From: an uncultured Planctomycetota bacterium
GTDB taxonomy: Bacteria > Planctomycetota > PLA2 > JAEUHO01
NCBI GenBank assembly: GCA_963752285.1
Contig: CAVVXN010000005.1
Location: 1,856,001-1,920,000, forward strand
Reading direction: 5' to 3'
DNA: 64,000 bases
Positions within the stretch are counted from its first letter, which is position 1. Every line of letters begins with the position of its first letter. Made by a program: the position numbers and the translations under genes. The notes below the pieces were generated by a model. The model ran no database searches, was not told where the DNA came from, and was given only the letters and a program-made list of their open reading frames with translations. This document shows, piece by piece, positions 59,871 through 64,000 of this stretch.

Positions 59871-61100
59871 ATGCGCACGTCGATCGTGCTGTGCGTGGTC
59901 GTCGCCCTGATGGGGTGTTCTTCGCGGAGCCAGCCGCAACCCGCTCCGGCCACGGTGTACGGGCCCGCCTCGCAGGGCCCGATCGTCTACGCGAGCCCCA
60001 GCCCCGCTCCGGCCTACGCGCCGCCGGCCGCTCGGCCCGCGCCGCCCCCGGCGCCGATCGCCCGGCCGAGCCCGGCTCCGTCGGCCCCCGCCGCCCCCTC
60101 CTCCTACGCCCCGAGCCAGCCGTGGCAGTGGTATCCGACGCTCGCGGCCGCCCAGGCGGAGGCCCGGCGTGAGGGGAAGCTCGTCCTCGTCGGGTCCACC
60201 CAGCCCGGGTGCGGGCTCTGCGAGAAGTTCCGCAACACGATCGTCCCCGAGATGAGCTCGAGGATCTCGCGGTACGCGGTCGGGTACATGGTCCACGCGA
60301 GCGCCGGCTCCAACGACCCCGCCTGGCAGATCCTCAAGGCGAACCTCTCCCGCGAGCGCCTGATGCCCCTCGTCGGGGTGTTGACGCCCGACCTGCGCTG
60401 GCTCGCCGGCTTCGGTGGCCCGCCCGACGAGCAGAAGCTCATGAACGCGCTCGAGACGGCCCGACGCCTGTACCCGGTCTCCTCGGCCTGGCGGCCCACG
60501 GCCACGGAAACCGATACGCGCACGGCGCAGCTGAACGAGTACGGCGAGTACGAGTGGACCCCGCTCGAGTCGCTGTTCCCCGACGCGCCCCACGCCGAGA
60601 TCGCGACGACCGACGCCGCGCCCCCGGCGGGAAGCGGGGGGCGCATGACGCCGGTCGTCGCACCGCGGGACGCCGGCGTGGCGACGACCGACCATGACGC
60701 GTCGGCGCCCGCGGAGGCGGCCGACGTCGATGCGGCCCCCGAGCCGACGGCCACCGTGGTGGCGATGGCGGCGCCCGAGGAGCCCGACGTGGCGAGCGAC
60801 GCGGAACCGACCGCGGCGACCGCGCCTGCGTCCTACGCGGGCGAGTCGCCCGCGCAGGCGCTCCGACGCGCGGCCGACCAGATTCGTTCGGGCGACCTGG
60901 ACGGCGCGAAGGCGACGCTCGCCGACGTCCTCACCCGCGCCACCGACGACGATACGCGGCGCGAGGCCCAGAAGGGCGGCGTCGCGGTCTACAACGCCGA
61001 GCGCATCCGCGACGCCCGCGGCGACCGCGAGCGCGACCGCATCCTCGAGGAAGCGCGCCAGAACCTCCGCGGCTCCCTCTGGGGCGCTCTCTTCTCCTGA
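59871..61100 (+). CDS. Thioredoxin-fold lipoprotein (CGLC) with a helical C-terminal domain
   Basis: GGAGG RBS, lipobox LMGC and WYPTLAAAQAEARREGKLVLV...CGLC...MP. Confidence 0.82.
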   Translation: MRTSIVLCVVVALMGCSSRSQPQPAPATVYGPASQGPIVYASPSPAPAYAPPAARPAPPPAPIARPSPAPSAPAAPSSYAPSQPWQWYPTLAAAQAEARREGKLVLVGSTQPGCGLCEKFRNTIVPEMSSRISRYAVGYMVHASAGSNDPAWQILKANLSRERLMPLVGVLTPDLRWLAGFGGPPDEQKLMNALETARRLYPVSSAWRPTATETDTRTAQLNEYGEYEWTPLESLFPDAPHAEIATTDAAPPAGSGGRMTPVVAPRDAGVATTDHDASAPAEAADVDAAPEPTATVVAMAAPEEPDVASDAEPTAATAPASYAGESPAQALRRAADQIRSGDLDGAKATLADVLTRATDDDTRREAQKGGVAVYNAERIRDARGDRERDRILEEARQNLRGSLWGALFS

Positions 61101-61436
61101 TCGGCGCGCGCTTCTCCTGACCGGCGCCTGCGACGTGCCGTGAGACGTCGCGTGGAAGGTCCGGTCCGCGGTCCGTCCACGGCTTCCGTCGGCCGGGGCT
61201 CGCTGCCCGGCATCCGGGGACCCGACGGCGGTCGCGACGGTAGGCGCGTCACGCTCAAGTCATCCTGCGGGACGACCGACCTCCCGGGCAGGGTTCGGCT
61301 CTCCCGGTGGCGGGGCGTCCCGCGAGGAGCGGCCCGAGCACGCGACCCGGCGCGCGGGCGCGCTCGGCCGCTCGCACCCGACGAGCACGCGCACGAGGGC
61401 CCTCCCGCTGTCCCTCCCTTGTCGGATGCTCCTCGC

Positions 61437-62714
61437 ATGCGAAGCCGCGCTCCCTTCGTCCTCCTCGTCTCCACGCTGGCCGCCGTCCTCTCGGTCGTCG
61501 CCGCCCCCCGCGCCGACGCCGGCCGATCGTCGCACCCCTACTTCGACGACGGCGGCACGCTCACGTGGTACCGGCGGTTCGACGACGCCGCGCGGGCCGC
61601 GCGCGCGGAGGGAAAGCTCGTCTTCGTCGAGTACGGCCGGCGGATCTGCGGCTCGTGCAAGCAGCTCGTCTCGACCGTGCTCCCCGATCCGCGCGTCCGG
61701 TCGCGCCTCTCGCGCGTCGCCGTCGGCCTCGCCGCGGACTGCGACCAGCCCGAGCCGTTCCTCGCCCGCCTCTTCCAGCGCGAACAGCCGTCGGCGCGCA
61801 TGCTGCCGCTCGTCGCGTTCCTGACGCCCGACGGCGGGTACGTCACGGGCTTCTCGGGCGGGTGCGACGCCGACCGGCTGCTCGCACACGTGCGCCACGC
61901 CGAGGCGATGCTGCCGGCCCGCGCGGACCCCGTTCCCGCACCCGAGCCGCACGTGGTCCCACGCGTGCGCCCGCGTCTTCCCGTGCCCGCTGTCGATCCG
62001 TCCCTCCACGCCTCGACCCCGACGAGGTCGGCCACCCCGGCGCCCGCGCCGGTGCCGGCGGTGCGCCCGACCCCGGCCGTCCGCGGCGAGCTCGCGTCCC
62101 GGGACGAGACCCTCGTCCGTCGTCCGACCCGGGACGACGTGGCGCCGCCCGCGATCCCGGCGCTCACCGGAAGCCCGGACGGCTCGGACGCGACGGAGAG
62201 CGGGTGCGGCCTGCCGGCCCACTTCCACCGCCCCCCGGGCCCCCTCCCGCCTCCCCAGGTCCGCCTCGTCGGACCGACCAAGGTGACGGCTCCGCGAACC
62301 CGGGAGCGGAGCCGGAGCCCCGCCCCCCGCGCGACGCCGGTCGCACGCCCCGACGTGCGCGACCTGGCCGCCCGGGGCGCGTGGCGCGACGTCCTCAAGC
62401 TCTCGGCCACGTCGCCCGACGACCCCGAGCTCAGACACCTCACGACCCGCGCGCACGAGTGGGCCAACACCCGCCTCGACGAGGCGGCTGCGGCGGCGAA
62501 GGAGGCGCGGTTCAAGGACGCGCTCGAGGCGATCGAGCAGGTGATCGACCAGATGCCGGGCGAACCCGAGTACGTGGACGGGGCCCGCGGCCTCACCGCC
62601 ATCAAGACCCTGCTCGAGCTCCGGTTCCTGAACGCCGACGGCGAGGTGGCCCACGCCGTCCGTGAGCGCGCCCGCGACGACCTGCGCGGCACCCGCTGGG
62701 TCACGCTGTTCTAG
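61437..62714 (+). CDS. Exported thioredoxin-fold protein (CGSC), paralogue of the upstream gene
   Basis: Signal peptide ending ADA, WYRRFDDAARAARAEGKLVFV...CGSC...LP, a Pro-rich linker and a similar C-terminus. Confidence 0.82.
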   Translation: MRSRAPFVLLVSTLAAVLSVVAAPRADAGRSSHPYFDDGGTLTWYRRFDDAARAARAEGKLVFVEYGRRICGSCKQLVSTVLPDPRVRSRLSRVAVGLAADCDQPEPFLARLFQREQPSARMLPLVAFLTPDGGYVTGFSGGCDADRLLAHVRHAEAMLPARADPVPAPEPHVVPRVRPRLPVPAVDPSLHASTPTRSATPAPAPVPAVRPTPAVRGELASRDETLVRRPTRDDVAPPAIPALTGSPDGSDATESGCGLPAHFHRPPGPLPPPQVRLVGPTKVTAPRTRERSRSPAPRATPVARPDVRDLAARGAWRDVLKLSATSPDDPELRHLTTRAHEWANTRLDEAAAAAKEARFKDALEAIEQVIDQMPGEPEYVDGARGLTAIKTLLELRFLNADGEVAHAVRERARDDLRGTRWVTLF

Positions 62715-62889
62715 CCCGCTCGCAACGCCCACCGCACGCGCCCCGGGGTCAGGGGAGGGGCGGATGCGAGCCGGAGCCATCCCCCGGATCCGACCGGGAC
62801 GCCCTGCCGTCCACCCGCATCGCCCGCGGCGGATTCGGACGAATTGCTCTGGCTCCGTATGTCTGGCGCCGTGTGTGGGATGCGGTCCG

Positions 62890-64000
62890 TCAGCGCGTCG
62901 GGGCCAGGGTCAGGAAGTGGACCGCGTCGCCCGGTTCGAGACCGTCGGCGCGTGACGCCCGATACCCCGCGAGCGTCAACACGACCTCGTAGGCGCCCGC
63001 CGGCAGGTCGGGGAGGACGAGTCCCCCGTTCTCGTCGGTTCGGGCCGGCAGCGCGTCCGGGTCCGCTACCCATCGGAGCCCGCCCTGGCGCTCGACCAGC
63101 ACCCGTGCGCCCTGGAGCGGGAGCCCGCCGGGATCCTCCACGACGAGGCGGAGCGGGAGGCCCCTGGCCAGGCGGAGGGTCGGCGGGGGCGCGTCGGCGC
63201 CCACGTCGTAGGTGGCGGCCGCCCACGCGCTCCCCTCCGTGTGCGCGAACACCTCCACGCCCCCCGGCGGGAGGTCGCGGACGTCGGCGACGCCGGCCGC
63301 GTCGCTCGTCGCCTCGCGGCGCCACGACACCCCGTCCGTCACGCCGCGCACGATGACCTCGGCGCGGACCACGGGCTTCCCCGACTCGTCCACGACGTGG
63401 ACGTTCGCCCGGGCCCCGGGCGGAAGAAGGGCCACGCGGCGTCCGCCCGCCTCCCGCCCCTCGATCCGCACGACCGTCGGCGCGCTGTAGTCCGCCTCGA
63501 CGAGGACCTCGGCCGACGTGCCGTCCGGGACGCGCACGTCGTCGGGAGACGGACGGACCGTCACGGGTGTCGGCTCCTCGAGCGGGAGCGGCGCGTCCGA
63601 TCCGGCCGGCGGCACGTACCGGACCTCCACGTGGAGGCCCGCGGAGAGCGCGTGGTGGCCGAGGTCGGCGGCGCGCACGTCGAACGCGCGGCCGCGGGGG
63701 AGGAGGAGGCGCGCCGGAGCCTCTCCCAGCGGCACGCGCACCACGACGTGCCCCGGGGCGCCGACCTCGAGCACGGCGTCTTCGAGCGACGCGTCGCCGA
63801 GGATCCGGGCCATCTCGAGGACGTCCTGTGCGGCGCCGAGGAGGTCCCCCTCGTCGTAGCGGACCTCGCCCTGCTTGGTGATCACGCGCAGGTGGTCCAC
63901 GGCGACCGGGCTCTGGTCCTCGGCGTCCAGGAACCGGACCTCCTCGGCCCGGCGCTTCACGAGCGCCACGCGGGCCGCGCCGTCCCTCGGGTCCATCCAC
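62890..64000 (-). CDS. Carboxypeptidase-regulatory-like repeat protein, probably 5'-truncated by the window edge
   Basis: Repeats VVDESGKPVVRAEV...TSDAAGVADVRDLPPG and VEDPGGLPLQGARV...TDENGGLVLPDLPAGAY. The frame is open to the edge. Confidence 0.8.
   Translation of the reverse strand, partial: WMDPRDGAARVALVKRRAEEVRFLDAEDQSPVAVDHLRVITKQGEVRYDEGDLLGAAQDVLEMARILGDASLEDAVLEVGAPGHVVVRVPLGEAPARLLLPRGRAFDVRAADLGHHALSAGLHVEVRYVPPAGSDAPLPLEEPTPVTVRPSPDDVRVPDGTSAEVLVEADYSAPTVVRIEGREAGGRRVALLPPGARANVHVVDESGKPVVRAEVIVRGVTDGVSWRREATSDAAGVADVRDLPPGGVEVFAHTEGSAWAAATYDVGADAPPPTLRLARGLPLRLVVEDPGGLPLQGARVLVERQGGLRWVADPDALPARTDENGGLVLPDLPAGAYEVVLTLAGYRASRADGLEPGDAVHFLTLAPTR

Overview
A 64 kb, very GC-rich bacterial chromosome segment, almost certainly from the PVC superphylum and most likely Planctomycetota. 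The evidence is the PVC-type small basic protein, a groEL-groES-groEL-dnaJ-grpE-zinc ribbon-yacG cluster and several exported HEAT-repeat proteins. It is dense core genome: no tRNA, rRNA, CRISPR array, integrase or transposase was recognised. Housekeeping content includes recG, pdxA, a class IV aminotransferase, queD, queE, der, a complete nuoA-N complex I operon and the chaperone cluster. Envelope and regulatory content includes an ECF sigma/anti-sigma pair, a PP2C phosphatase, NPCBM and VWA proteins, a lone ABC permease and an orphan LarA-family enzyme. It also holds a DsbD gene frameshifted at a G7 run, two tandem thioredoxin-like paralogues and two large repeat-rich lipoproteins. The most notable unexplained signals are five. 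(1) Sigma54-type -24/-12 promoters precede the chaperone operon (with two upstream TG(C/T)CA-N3-TGTCA boxes and no CIRCE) and both large lipoprotein genes (one with an IHF-consensus site). (2) A HEAT-repeat protein carries a secretin-like beta-hairpin. (3) Several genes appear leaderless. (4) dsbD has a homopolymer frameshift. (5) A small beta-module recurs in several envelope proteins. All assignments were made by eye from motifs, without database searches. Start codons were trimmed from the ORF track using RBS, overlap and motif evidence.
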